A stretch of 64,000 nt of DNA from the human T2T-CHM13v2.0 reference genome, Homo sapiens. Below the pieces are notes generated by a model that saw only the letters and a list, made by a program, of their open reading frames with translations, did no database searches and had not been told where the DNA came from. The position numbers were made by a program, and so were the translations under genes. Every line of letters begins with the position of its first letter. Positions within the stretch are counted from its first letter, which is position 1. The stretch is taken from assembly GCF_009914755.1 (NCBI RefSeq), contig NC_060929.1; one strand, 5' to 3'. Shown in pieces: positions 38,000 through 53,494 of this stretch.

Positions 38000-38725
38000 C
38001 ATTCACTCATCCATTTAACAATTATTGCATCCAACAAAAATTTACTGAGCACCTAAGCACCTACTATGTGTCAGATGCTGTTCTAGATGCTGAGGATATT
38101 TCAGTGAATAAAACAGATAAAATCTCTGCTTTTATGGAGATTATATTTTAGAGGATAAGGCTAAAAAATATAATACATAGGTATGAAGAAAAAGGTGAAT
38201 AAGGGGAGAGAGAATGAAAGGAGAGGTATATATGTGTGTGCTATTTTATGTACGTGGCTTCTCTGATCCCATGACATTTAAATAGAGACTGAAAGAAGTG
38301 CAGAAAATAGCCATGTGGCTATCTGTGGGAAGAGTGTTCCAGGCAGACGGAACAGCTAATGCAAAGGCTCTGAGGTGGGAATGTTCTTGGTGTGTTTGTA
38401 ATGCAGCAGGATGGCAAGAGGGTCTGGAGTGGCACGGTGGAGGGGCGGAGTGGCATGGTGGAGGAGCAGAGTAGCAGGATAAGAGTTTAGAGGTAGAGGG
38501 GGAAGAGGACTGTTCACCAAGGGCTGAGTAGGTCAAGGTTAGGGCTTTGGACTTTAGTGTGAGTATGATGGAAGTTGAATAGGGGAGTCACATAAGCTGG
38601 TTTGTATTTCAGAAGTATCTGGAGCTGGTGTATGCAGGACAAAAGGGTGTTTTCATTCTTGAAAAAGCTGTTGGGAGGCTCTTGCAATTGTTCTGGTGAG
38701 AGATGATGGTGGTTTGGTGGTGGAG
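38000..38725 (-). mobile_element. L2 fragment
   Basis: cattcactcatccatttaac, tttactgagcacct, gttccaggcagacggaacagc..tgcaaaggc, gagagatgatggtgg. Confidence 0.8.
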
Positions 38726-39084
38726 GTGGTGATCACCTCTTAGCAGAAATCCTCACATATCAGAGGTACTCAATAAATGTTTGAGGTTTTTATTCACCTG
38801 GACTTCACTGCCCCTCCCTCCTTTGGGTATCTGTAAAACCCATGTAATTGAGGCAAATACACTACCTTCCACTCTTATTTTCTTTTCAAAAGAAGTTTAA
38901 AGTGTATTATTTTTTCAGACCATAAAAAAGGGAGTGAATTCTCAGAAGCTCCAAATATTAAAATGAGTGATACGTTAAAACAATTTTTTAAAAATTAAAA
39001 ATCAAACTCCTTTATATTCTGCTAATATCATATATTTATTGCATCTATTTGAAGGAGAACTTCTGTGCCTTCTCCACTTTTAGA

Positions 39085-39645
39085 AACATTTTTAGTTGTG
39101 GTAAAAATATATAAAATTTACCATCTGTACCATTTTTAAGTGTACACTTCATTGATAATAAATACATTTATATCCTTTTTTTTTTTTTTACCTTCATGCC
39201 ACCTGCCCTCCTTACCCTTCCCAGCCTCTGGTAGGCACCATTCTACTCTCTATCTTCATGAGATCCATTTTTTAGCTCCCACATATGAGTGAGAACATGC
39301 AATATTTGTCTTTCTGTGCTTAACTTATTTCATTTAACATAATGACCTGCAGATCCATCCATGTTTCTGCAAAGGACAGGATTTCATTCCTTTTTATGAC
39401 TGAGTAATATTCCATTGTGTATACTTATCATATTTTCTTAATTCAGTCATCTGATGATGAACACTTAGGTTTATTTCATATTTTGGTTATTGTGAATAGT
39501 TCTGAAATAAACATGGGATATCTCTTCAGTATATTGATTTCCTTTCATTTGGTTATATACTTGGGAGTGGAATTGCTGAATCATATGGTAGTTCTATTTT
39601 TAGATTTTTGTGGAACTTCTATACAGCTTTCCTTAGTGGCTGTAC

Positions 39646-39676
<31 letters not shown>

Positions 39677-40912
39677 TTGAGACAGAGTCTCTGTCACTCA
39701 GGCTGGAGTGCAGTGGCGCCATATCTCGTCTCACTGCAACCTCTGCCTCCCAGGTTCAAGTGATTCTCCTGCCTCAACCTCCTGAGTAGCTGGATTACAG
39801 GCATGCGCCACCGTGCCTGGCTAATTTTTTGTATTTTATTAGAGATGGAGTTTCACCATGTTGGCCAGGCTGGTCTTGAACTCCTGGGCTCAAGTGGTCT
39901 GCCTATCTTGGTCTCCCAAAGTGTTGGGATTACAGATGTGGGCCCCTGTGCCAGGCCAAATTTACATTCCCACCAACAGTGTATGAGGATTCCCCTTTCT
40001 CCCCATCATTGCCAGCATCTGTTCTTGCTTGTCTTTTGGATACAAGCCACTTTAACTGGGGTGAAATGACATCTCATTGTGGTTTTGATTTGCAATTCTC
40101 TGATGATTAATGATGTTGAGTGGCTTTTTGTATACCCTTTGGCCATTTGTATATCTTGAGAAATGTCTGTTCAGATCTTTTGCCCATTTAAAAAATTGAT
40201 TATTAGTTTTTTTTGCCATTGAGTTTTTTGACCTTATATATACTTGCTATTCATCTTTGTCAGATGAATAGTCTGCAAATATTTTTTCCCATTCTATGGG
40301 TTGTCACTTTACTCTGTTGATAGTTTCCTTTGCCGTTCAAAAGCCTTTTACCTTGATGTAATCCCATTTGTCTATTTTTGCTTTGGTTGCCTATGCTTTT
40401 AAGGTCTTATAGAAAAAAATCTTTGCCCAGACCAATGTCCTGGAGCATCTCCCCAATGTTTTCTTCTAGTAGTTTCATAGTTTCAGGTCTTAGATTTAAG
40501 TCTTTAATCCATTTTGATTTGATTTTTGTGTAGGGTGAGATATAGGGGTCTAGTTTCATTCTTCTGCATATAGTTATTCAGTTTCCCCAGCACCATTTAT
40601 TGAAAAGATTGTCCTTTCCCCATTGTATGTTCTTGCCACCTTTGTCTATGATAAGTTGACTGTAAATGTGTGGATTTATATTTGGGTTCTCTATTCTGTT
40701 CCATTGGTCTGTATGTCTGTTTTATGCCAGTACCATGCTGGCTTAGTTACTATAGCTCTGTAGTAAATTTTGAAGTCAGGTAGGGTGATGCCTTAACTTT
40801 GTTCTTTTTGTTCAGGATTGCTTTGGCTATTTGTGTCTTTTGTGGTTCCATATACATTTTAGGGCTTTCCCCCCCGTTTCTTTGAAGAATATCATTGGTA
40901 CTTTAGGGATTG
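39085..40912 (-). mobile_element. L1MA/MB-type 3' region, with an Alu inserted at ~39646-39957
   Basis: gctcccacatatgagtgagaacatgc, cccaccaacagtg, ccagtaccatgctg. The Alu has a (TTTA)n tail. Confidence 0.85.
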
Positions 40913-41354
40913 CCACTTGTTTTAGAATAAAAGTTTTAAGATCACTGCATTTTCACTTTCTAAGTCCTGCTCAAAGCTTTGCAGCAAATTATCTTTCCTT
41001 TACATAGGCGCTCCTCCACTTGCCAAAAGCTGGCCCTTTCCCACCCCTGTTTCCAGTGGAACACAAGCCAAGATGGTTTTCACCGAAAGTACTTTTTCAC
41101 TTCCATCAGCATCTTTGATGATTATCATTAATAATGTCAGCTCAGCTCTGGAAACAGTCTGGGAAGTTAACCAGTTGATTTGCTTTCTCCCTCATTTTGT
41201 GGTTGTCTGGCTACCATAAAGGCAAAGTAGTCTGGAGGGTGACAGAGGTCTCTTGAAGGGGCAGCTGACAATTTAGAAGCATGGGTAATACAGTGATGAG
41301 TTTGAGGGTTACAGCTCCCCTGATCTCAATTAGAGTCAAGTTGAACCACACAGG

Positions 41355-41530
41355 GCAGTGGTTCTCCAATTTAAGTGTGCATCAGAATCACCTGGAGGGC
41401 TTGTTAAAATACAGATTACTGGGCTCTACTCTCAGAATTTCAGGTTCAGTCACTCTGGGATAGGGCTTGAGAATCTGCATTTTATCAAGTTTCTAGGTGA
41501 TGCTGATGCTGGGCTTTGAGAATCACTGAG
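41355..41530. mobile_element. MER5A hAT-Charlie MITE
   Basis: cagtggttctc...catcagaatcacctggag...tttgagaatcactg terminal inverted repeats. Confidence 0.85.
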
Positions 41531-42740
41531 CTAAGGGAATTCACCTCTGTGTAGGGAGAGAGGAAATTGTGTGGGCAATTCAGTATGGCATTTCCTCAGT
41601 GAGCACATGCACAAGAGAGAGTGAGCAGCAGGAGGTACATTCCTCAGATTAGCGCAAAGCGGGCTGTCAAAGAAGTAGGAGCCAGGGTCTTCGTCTATGA
41701 GAAGATTGTAACTAATGCTGAGAAGAAAATGCCACTCATTCTGAAATAAATGCATACGTGAGGGTAAATTGTTCCTAGCGTTGAGTCAAAGGAGGGATAT
41801 GGATGGAGAGAAAGAGAGGAATCTTAAGCCAGGCCACCTAGCAGTTGGCGGGACTTGGAGGAATGAAGACATCTGTGGTAGGGACAATGGCAGCAGTAAA
41901 ATCTCAATGGCAGAGTTGAGCAAGCGGGGGCAGTTGTTATCAGGGGATTGGGTAATTAGGAACCTGGATGACTGGAGGAAAAAGACCAGTTTGGGGAGAC
42001 AAAAGGAATAAATTTTGGAAACTGTCCAAATGGAAAGGAAGCGTAACAAGGTCTTGGGCCCTGGCGAGTGTAGATTGGATGGTGAGTCATATCTAATGTG
42101 GAGCACAATAGCTCCTTTCAGGAAGCAGTGTGAAGTTGTGCCTGAGCACTTGCTTACCGGAGAGGTGCATGTGTGCCTCAGGTTTCTCTTTCTGTTGAAA
42201 CAGAAATTACCTTATGAATAGGACAAATAACCATAAACTCTAAGTAGTTATGCTTTTAAGCATTAAGGAAGAAGCATCTTTTATACAAACCAAAGGCAAG
42301 GGTTTCAATGTTAGCATTCTATAAAAAGGCTCTAGCATTTGAGTGAAGCAGGTGTCTTGAATGCTTTCATTTTTATGTATTTATTTTTAGTCTCAAATAT
42401 TGTGATTTGGAAAACTGACTTTCACAACAGCCAAAGAGCAAATGAGGATTCTAATAATACTCTAATAGATATTTGCCTTTGATTCTAAAGTACAATAAAA
42501 TAATGAAGACATTTGCTAACCTTCTGTATACCTCGTGGAATTTCTGAAGATGCTGAGAATTTGATAATAGGTAGTACAACTAAACAAATAACCCCCTAAA
42601 CATAAATAGTGCCCAAAATTATTTTAAGGCAATAGCCCATTCAAATGATGTAAAATATGGAGTTTAATAATAATAAACATTTCAATAATATGATAATAAA
42701 TGTGACCAACATTTTTAAGTGCTTATTCTGTGCCAGGCAC

Positions 42741-42780
42741 TGTGTGTGTGTATGTGTGTGTGTGTGTGTGTTTGTGTGTG
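42741..42780. repeat. (TG)n microsatellite
   Basis: Directly visible. Confidence 0.95.
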
Positions 42781-42824
42781 TTTTCATGCACACATGCTCC
42801 TTGGTGTGTATATGCACACACAAA

Positions 42825-43325
42825 CACTTAAAAATAGCATTATTGGGGTATAATTACATATAATCTCTACTCACTGCACATGTATAATTTAATGATTTTA
42901 GTAAATTTATAAAGTTCTACAGGCATTGTCACAATCCAGTTTGAGAACATTTTCATCACCCCAGAATGTTTCCTTGTGCTTTTTGCTGTCAATCCCATTC
43001 CTATTCCCACTCCCAGCCCTAGACTGCTTAATTCTCTGTCTTTGTGCATTTGCCTTTTCTGGACATTGCAAATAAATGGAACCATACGATGTGTAATCTT
43101 TTGAGTCTGACTTCTTTCACATAGCAGAATGTTTTTGAGATTCATCCATATTGTACCATATATCCATAGTTCATTTATTTTTATTGCCAATAGTATTTCA
43201 TTATATGGATATACAACATTTTCTTTGCCCATTCACCAGTTGATGGTCATTTGAATTGTTTCTAGTTTTGGATTATTATGAACAACACTGCTGTAATATT
43301 TCCTTATATGTCTTTGTATACACAC
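42825..43325 (-). mobile_element. L1MB-type 3' end
   Basis: gaacattttcatcacccca, ttgccttttctggacatt, cattcaccagttgatgg. Confidence 0.8.
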
Positions 43326-43419
43326 AGAATTTTAGTTGTCCCAATTATCCTGTGGCTAGTACCATTACAATGTATTTTTCTCCAGAGAATAAAAAAATTT
43401 ATAACTTGCCCAAGGTGAT

Positions 43420-43793
43420 TGTATTAGTCCATTTTCATACTGCTATAAGAAGTATCCAAGACTGGGTAATTTATAAAGGAAAGATGTTTAATTGACTCAC
43501 GGTTCCACATGGCTAGTGAGGCCTTAGAAAACTTAAAATCATGACAGATGGGGAATAGGTACGTCTTACATGGGGCAGGCAAGAGAGAGTACATGCAGGA
43601 AAAGCTACCATTTATAAAACCGTCAGATCTCATGAGAATTCTCTCACTCACAAGAACAGCATGGGGGAAACTGCCCCCATAATCCAACCACTTCCTTTCC
43701 TCCACATGTGGGGATTACAGGTCCCTCCCTTGACATGTGGGGATTAGAATTTGAGATGAGATTTGGCTGGGGATACAGAGCCAAACCATATCA
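43420..43793 (-). mobile_element. THE1/MST solo LTR
   Basis: tgtattagtccattttcatactgc ... agccaaaccatatca, TSD gtgat. Confidence 0.92.
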
Positions 43794-45404
43794 GTGATAA
43801 ATGCAACAGGAGTAATATTTTGAAAAAATATAGCATATGCTTTCTTTTTTTGCACTTGTGTATGCTTTACTGAATCCCCAAATTAGCCCCAAGTCATTCA
43901 TCTACTTCAGTTTTAGGAAAATGATAGCAGACATGCAAAAATTTAAAAAAGGTAATCAACTTCTGACATTTAAAATAAGATTTAGGCTTCACAGTAAAAT
44001 TGAAGCCAGGCTTTAGAAGGAAGAATGTAAGAAGAGAGAAAGAGAAGAGGATAGGAAATCTATTTATTTTATAGTATTTTTAGTATATCTAGAAGAAAAC
44101 CTGCATGATTTAGATCATAGTTTCTTCCATAGTGTAGAGAAGAAACCTCTTCCATGTGTTGGCTAGGCTACAAGGCTTGCTGCCCCAAGTTGGAGGAGGA
44201 TATACAAAATCTGATGAGAAAGCAGAAGCCTGATCCTTCAGGCCAGGGTGTTTGTGGGAAGAAGAGGAGAGTCAGCGGTGGGACTGTGGGTCCTGATCTC
44301 CCTACTGTGGATATTGGGCTGCAGCAAATGGGGATGATGGAATTAATTAAAGGAGTGACAATGTCAAGTTGGTTTGGATTCAAGGAACATTTAGGGCTCT
44401 GGGCAGAATTTACCTCTAGGCTGCCCTGCTCCAAACTGGAGTGGGGACAGTTTATCAAAGGACCCCTGGCCATCCCACATGATTAGGCAGAGAGAAGGTC
44501 AAGGTTTAGCTTTTCTAAATTGCCTTCAGTGTACTTGTGGCATGGAGGGAAGTGCCTGTGTGCTCCAGAGAGTGGATCCTGGAGGAGTTGGTCTGAGGAA
44601 CACCAGCACTGCCTTACAGATAATGTGGGTGACTGTTTCTGAGACCAAGACTCAGCAGCTTTAGCAAGGGCTATGGCAAGACCAAATCAGCTGGAGAACC
44701 TATCCAGGCTATCATCGCAACCAGACTTTGGGGTGTGTTAGGCACTAATTTCAGCAACAGCATAACACCAGGAAGAGAACCAGTAACAGCCATGAGGTCC
44801 CCAACCAATTGGCTCATAACCAATGAGGAGCAGGAGATTAGGGGTTTTCCTGCCCCAGGGCTCGCACTAGAGTGAAGCAAGTGAGCACTAAGGTCACCAG
44901 ATTTAAAGAGGGGCTCACTCTCAGGATTGTGCGAGTTCTTCCCAAATTCTGCATCTTACACACCTCACTTGCTGCATCCTAGTCTCAGCCCTGGTTACAA
45001 CACTGCCAGGTTACATAAGTCCACCTCCCACATTTCTGGTCTTGGAGAGGAGCAGGGAAGCGGGTGGAAATCTATGACCGAACATTTATATTTAAAGTGA
45101 GTGAGTCTTACCTAAGGAATTTAAAATTACTGTGTCAGTTCAGGTTTGCTGAAGTGGACTCCATCTAGGTTTTATTGTTTGTTTGTTTGCCCATTTCCCG
45201 TTGCCCAGGAAGTGAGTGCTTCTGTCAAAGAGCAGGTCTGTTAGGGAGATAAATAGAGAAACACCATTTCCTTGGCACCTGGGAGAGCAATGTGAGTGAA
45301 TTTGTGACCTATTTACATCCCAGTAGTGAGTCATGGGGCTGGGATTTGAAACCAAATTTGCATGACTCTGGAGCCCACTCTTTTCACTGCTGTCCTTTGG
45401 AGAT

Positions 45405-45645
45405 AATAATAATAAGGATAATAGCTAACACGTTCTGAGAGCTCATTATGTGCCAGGCACTGTTCTAAGTGCTTCCTGTGGATTAACCCATTGAATCTTC
45501 ATAATACCACATTGGTAGGTGCTAGTCTCATTTTACAGGAGAGGAAACTGAGATGCGAAGACATACAGTGACTTCCCCAAGGTCACACAGCACGAAAATG
45601 GTAGTGAGCCAGGTGCTCTGGCTGCAGAGCCCATGCTCAGAGCCA
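45405..45645 (-). mobile_element. MIR SINE
   Basis: tatgtgccaggcactgttctaagtgc, gaggaaactgag, ccaaggtcacacagc. Confidence 0.8.
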
Positions 45646-46739
45646 CTTCAGCATGAGGGCAGTTGACTGAGATGATGCCATCTTACACAGAGCACTTTTC
45701 ACTTTTCCAAGAGCTTTCACAGCATGGTCTTATTTTATCCTCATGATAGGCTTAGCAGTTAAATGAGGCAGGAGGTAAAATTGCCATTTTACGTATGAGG
45801 AAACAGTGATGCCAACAGCAGCTGAGGAACAGTGTGGGGGCTTGTACATGCCAGGGACACTGGGGACGAGTGTCAAGTGTGTGGAGGAATGTAGGGAGAT
45901 AGCATAGAGCACTTTGAATGTCACGTCAAGGAGTTTGGCCTGGAAAGTTAAATACAGATTAGAGACTGAAAAGAAAAGATATTGAAGACGTACTTGAAGT
46001 TGACAATGTGTTTAAAAATTACTTCTCAATAGGGCTCTGTCTGGATCCTAAAAAAGAAAATTAAGAAGCTGCTGAATGTGTCAGCTTTCTTTTAAGTCCC
46101 ATAAGCGTATTCTTCTTGTCATCAATTCTCATTAAAGGTTGGTTGAACCCAAAGAAGATGTCAGTTTTTCTAATTACTAAAGATATTTAAGGAATAATCT
46201 CCATCTTATGCTGTTAGATGAAGCAAATAAGTAGCAGTGGAGATTGATTAATGACCAAAGCAAACCTGAGGCAATCAATCACAAAAGTCATTTATTCCGA
46301 AGTATTTAATGGAGAAATGTTTTCCAAAAATGTGGCATGTGAGGTGGTTTTAGGTAATATCCAAAGTGAAATTTTTAATAGCTATAATTTTTATGTTATT
46401 ATTAGAGGAATATTGGTTTTCTATTTATGGGAATTATATACTTAAATTTAAGCTTAAATGTCAAGTTGATTTAAAGGGAATAATATATAGGTGGTATATG
46501 AATATAGAAAAAACACAAAGATGGTATGCAAATGCTAAAATTTGGAGAATGCTGTATTAATGGAACAAAGACCAACTCATTACAAAACAACTCAAAGGTG
46601 AAGATAAAATATTTTACTCCCTTCCTATCCCCACTCCCAACTCTTTTTTAGAGTTTATATATATCATGCACCGTGCCAGATATTTTTCTGGCATCAACTC
46701 ACTTTGTTTTACAACAGCCTGTCAGTTGCCACCTGAGAA

Positions 46740-47740
46740 TTGTTCTCTCCTTATTCCTCAGTAGAAGAATGCTGATTGTATTGGGGTGGCAATAGCTCCC
46801 AGCGAAAAGACTATATTTCCAGGCTGCTTGGCAACAAGGCATACTGTGGGACTATATTCTGGTGCAGGAGCTGTTAGGTGGGAGTGTTGTGTGTAACTTC
46901 TAAGACTGGCTGTTTAAGTGATGCTAACTCATCTGGGAGAAGTACCCATTTGTCCTTTCCTTTTCCTCCTTCCTGCTGCCTGGAATGTCTTTGTGATGGC
47001 TGGAATTCCTGTAGCCATCTTGGACTATGAGGTAACTTTGAAGATGGAAACCAAGTGCTTGTATGATGGAGCAGAAAGAGAGAAGCAGCAAGAGGCCCTG
47101 ATATTCATGTGAAGCTGGACCTTCCCTGGACTGTGTACCTCATATCTCTTTTACCTGGGATAGAAACAAATTTCTATCTTTTAAAACTTCCATTATTTGA
47201 GGTTTTTAGTTAAAGCAGCCAAGCTGAATACTGTTGATCCAAGATGAAATATCAATTTATAAAGCTTTTGATGTAAGTAACTAAACAAAACTTATGGAAG
47301 CTTCAACATAGGTACGTATTTTTCCCACATGAAACAGTGCAGAAGTATGTGGCTGTTTAATGATGTCATCCAGAGCCCAAGTTCTCTCAACCTTCTGTTC
47401 TTTGACCCTTAGAATATTGGCCTTAATCCTAATGCTTGACAACTCATGGCTGCAAGATGGCTGCTACAGCTCTAGGCATTATGTCCACAGAGCAAGCAAG
47501 AAGGATGAGGAAGCACCAAAGTTCTGCTCCTCACAGGCTTTGTCTTTTTATGTGGGAAGAGAATTCCTCCTGAGCCTAGTTCCCTTAATATCTCATACAG
47601 AACTGCATCTCCTATGTCTGTGGTGGGATCCACCTTCTTGAAATCAATGGGTCTCTGTTAACCACTGAAATACACTGGGATTCTGTTACTAGGAAAGAAG
47701 GAAGTGGGGAGAGGCTGTGGATAGGCCACAGACAGTGAGG
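46740..47740. mobile_element. Two adjacent old MLT1-type LTR fragments
   Basis: cctgctgcctggaatg, gccatcttggactatgagg, caagatggctgctacagc. Confidence 0.55.
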
Positions 47741-48005
47741 AAAGCAAGGCTTACAAATGCTGCGACATGCCAATATTACATAGCCAGTTTGTGGAAAACT
47801 AGATTTTGAATGAAGCTCGAACTTCCAAACCTGGGGTCTTAATTGCTATGACAAACTCTCAGGAAGTTTTCAGACACCTTTACTTTCCTTTCTTCAAATT
47901 TTGTTTTTAGAATCTCTGTCAGAGATTTTCTATGGGAAGTCCTAGGTTTCACAGCATGTGGAATTGAGAGACAAGAAAGATCCCTTCCAACTTAAGCTTC
48001 TAGAG

Positions 48006-48196
48006 CAGCTCTGTCTAATAGAACTTTTGAAATGGAAATGTTCTATGCTGTGCTAATACAGTAACCACTACCCACATGTGGCGATTTAGGACCTGAAATA
48101 TGGCAATTGTGACTGAGGAATGGAATTTTTAATTTCATCTAATTTTAATTTAAATAGCCACATGTGGCTAGTAGCCACTGTATTGAACAGCACAGT
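48006..48196. mobile_element. MER3 hAT-Charlie MITE
   Basis: ctgtctaatagaacttt ... agccacatgtggctagtagccactgtattgaacag. Confidence 0.8.
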
Positions 48197-48774
48197 TCCA
48201 AAGCTTCAAATTATTTGTTCTCAAAATTCTAAGATTCAACCTAAATGCTAAGAATCAACAAAATTCCACCGCCAAAACAGAACTTTTTGTTTTCAAGAAG
48301 TAATGGCCCACTGCTGCTTTGTATGAGATGGTGTTAAAGGCCAGCAGACATAATAGTTTTATGAAGGAAGTTCAGTGTGGATATAATCATGTTATAAATA
48401 AATATTGGTACATAGAATCTGCCTGCTAAAAATACTGATTTATGGAACTTCAAGTTTGCTTACAGCAAATCAAGCTTGTATTTCTGAAGTGTCAGGAGGA
48501 CAGCTCTTTGGCCCAAGAAGAAAAAACCTACAGCAAGCAGAGCTAGAGAGTGGGGGCATGGGTTAGCAGGGGAAAGCAGTGAGTCTCCTATTAGTTCTGA
48601 GGCAGAGCTGGTGGTATTATTATTGCTACAAAAGCCTATAATGACTTTCCCCTGAGCCAATAGTAAGTTCAGATCTTGTTTTCTAGGACCCAGTTAGTTT
48701 AAATGCTGTATTGTGTGTGTGTGTATACACATACACACACACACACACTTTTTTTGATTTATTATTTTTTAATT

Positions 48775-50357
<1,583 letters not shown>

Positions 50358-50916
50358 CTATTTTAACATGAGTCCATCTTATAGCAACTGAAGTGAACTG
50401 TACCTTGGAAAAGCAAGCAATTTTGTCTTTTGCATCTGTTAATTTGGTTCAGGAGGAAAAAACACTTCTGGGTAATTTAGTTTTTTTTTTTTTTTAATGT
50501 TAGATTGCTGACCAGTGAACCTACATCAGAGAAATAAAACAAACCTGTTTTAGCTTATTAGTATTTTCTGTTTCACAAATCCATTCCCTTCTATTGACAA
50601 CACTAAAAGCAAAATGAATGATTGTAATGGTGTTGGGATAGTATGTACTCTGTTATTCTCTGCTAGGGGAAGGGAAGTTTGAGAGTCCATCCTGTGTAGC
50701 CTGACTGTTAGACTTGGCATTTGGAAAACCCCAAATGGCATCTAACTAACTAACTTGTATTGTTTTGGGTTTTGACTGATTTCCCTGAAGTTTGTAGCAT
50801 GGGTATTTTTATAGGATTTTTGTTTATTTTGTTTTGCTGTGCCAGGTTTCCCACTCCTAAAAAACAAAAGGGCATGATTGGCAGCAGGAACTCCGAGCTT
50901 CGCGGTGCACCAGGGT

Positions 50917-51325
50917 TGATAGGGTTTGGATGTTTGTCCCCTCCAAATCTCGTGTTGAAATGAGATTCTCAATGCTGGGGGTAGGGCCTGCTGGGAGGTG
51001 TTTGGGTCAGGGGGTGGATTCCTTGTGAATGGCTTGGTGCTGTCCTTGCTATTATATAATGAGTTCACGTGAGATCTGGTTGTTTAAAAGCTTGTAGCAC
51101 TTCACCCCTCCCACCTCACTCCCTCTCTCGTCATGTGATGCGCCTACTCCCACTTCACCTTCTACCATGACTGAAAGCTTCCTGAGGCCGCACCAGAAGA
51201 TGGGCAGATGCCAGCGCCATACTTCCTGTACACCCTGCAGAACCATGAGCCAATTAAACTTCTTTTCTTTATACATTACCCAGTCTCAGGTATTTCTTTA
51301 GAATGACACAAAAACAGACTAACAC
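50917..51325 (+). mobile_element. MST-type MaLR solo LTR
   Basis: tgatagggtttggatgtttgtcccctccaaatctc ... gactaacaca. Confidence 0.88.
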
Positions 51326-53494
51326 AAGTAACACAAGGAAGAATTTGCCAAATAAATCAGGAGCAGAACATACAGAATGAGCCTTTTCTCACCCCTGGTT
51401 ACGTTGGCTCTAGTTCTTCCATTCTGAGTGTTGGAGCTCAGAAAATAGCACCCCAGAATGAGGGCCTCAGAAGCAGCCTCAGAAGCAGAAGTTTTTCTCT
51501 GACCTCTGTCCTCCTGTGTCTCAGTCTCATTCTCCCCCTGAGGGTAGCCATAGAAATTAGAACTCCCCTTCCTGAAGGTGGGTCATAAAAAACAAAATCT
51601 CTTCTCTCCAAAGCCAGCTATAAAACCTGAAAATATTACTCTAACTTTCCTCTGCCTTACTCTGTAAAAATAGACCATAAAGAAATTATGTGACCTATCT
51701 TGTTTGATTGTAGATCAGAGGACCCCCCCATTCCAGAGAGGGTCCTGCTGCATATGCAGGAGGAAGGAATTCTGCTCAGAGAGGCCAAGAGACATCTAGA
51801 CAGACAGGCCTTGCTGGGTTTCCCCACTTCGTCTATTAACATTGGATTATACCCTTTTGCCCAATCCTATTTCTACATAGCCATCCATACTTTGTTGAAT
51901 CTAAGCGTATAAAAGGACAGTTTCTACTTGTTAATGGAAAAACTAAACTTTGTAAAATATTTTGGAAGAGGTTTATTCTGAACCAACATGAGTGACTGTG
52001 ACTTGGAAAAATAGTCTCAAGGAGTCTTGAGAAACTGTGCCCAAGGCGGTCAGATTACAGTTTGTTTTTATTTTTTAATATTTATTTGGAAGGAGGATCA
52101 TCATGGCAGATGAGAGGCAGGACTAGATTGATTGCAGCTCAGGGCTGAGCAGCGTGCAGAGGCTCGCATTATGAATTTTAGCTAAGATCAACTGCAAGAA
52201 CAAGCTAGCAATCCTGAGAGGAGCCACAAACCCTCTGAGGGAAGTAGACTGCTCTTGCAGGACCCAGGAGATACCCCAAATACTGTGAGTGCCCCAACTG
52301 CTGAAGTGGGAAAGGGAGATCCTCCTCTCCTGAACACACACCCCCACTGGATAAACTAAAGTTCTGTTTGTGGGAGAAGTTTTCAACATTACCTGGAGCT
52401 GAGTCAAGTTAGAGAGCCAAGCAAAACACATGGGCAGAGAAAGCAGCAGAAAGGCCCTGGGAGCTCGCTGGGTCCCCAGGCAGCCCATTCCTGCCCAGCA
52501 CCACAGGGATCCATTGGGAGGGCAGCCAGAGGAGTCAGGGGTAGACCTCCAAAGGGAAAAGGAAATCTCTAGCTGAACTTTGTAAAAATTTGAGCAGGGT
52601 GAGAAGCCTCCTGGCCAGAACTCGGGAGAGGGTGAAAATCCCGTGTGCAGACTTCACAGGTGGGGGAAGAACCAAGCCCTTTTCTCTCACTTCAGGGAGG
52701 CAGGTACCCTGAGGCAAGTTCTCAAGCCTGTCTCACCCACTGCCTGGAAACAGACTTGGGGCTGTTGGGGCGGGGAGCACAGTGGGAGTGAGGCTGGCTC
52801 TACAGTTTGTGGGTGCTGGGTGAGGCCTGTGACTGCTGGTTTTCCCCCACTTCCCTGACAACCTGCATGCCTCAGCAGAGGCAGCCATAATCCTCCGAGG
52901 TACACAACTCCAGTGACCTGGGACTCTCACCCCCATCCCCCACAGCAGCTGCAGCAAGACCTGCCCAAGGAGTCTGAGCTCAGACATGGCTAGCCCTGCC
53001 CTGACCTGATGGTCCTTCCCTACCCACCTTGGTAGCAGAAGACAAAGGCCATATACTCTTGGGAGTTCTAGAGCCATGCCCACTGCCAGTCCCTCTCCAC
53101 GTTACTATAGGTGAAGCTTTCTGGAAAGCACCACCTCCTGGCAGGAGGCCAAACAACACAAAAATAGAGCATTAAACCTCCAAAGCTAAGAACTGTCATG
53201 GAGTCCATTGCATCCCCCTGCCACCTGCACTGGAACAGGGGCTGGTATCCACGGCTCAGAGACTCATAGATGGCTCACATCACAGGACTCTGTGCACACA
53301 ACCCCCAGTACTAGCCCAAAGTGGGGTAGACTTGCTGGGTGGCTAGACCAAGAAGAGAGACAACAATCACTGCAGTTCGGCTCACAGGAAGCCACATCCA
53401 TAGGAAAAGGGGAACAGTAGTATATCAAGGGAACACCCCATAGGACAAAATAATCTGAACAACAGCCTTCAGCCCTAGACCTTCCCTCTGATAG

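Noticed and set aside
41832-41852. CTCF-like motif ctagcagttggcg
   Set aside because: Two core mismatches, so it cannot be supported without ChIP data.
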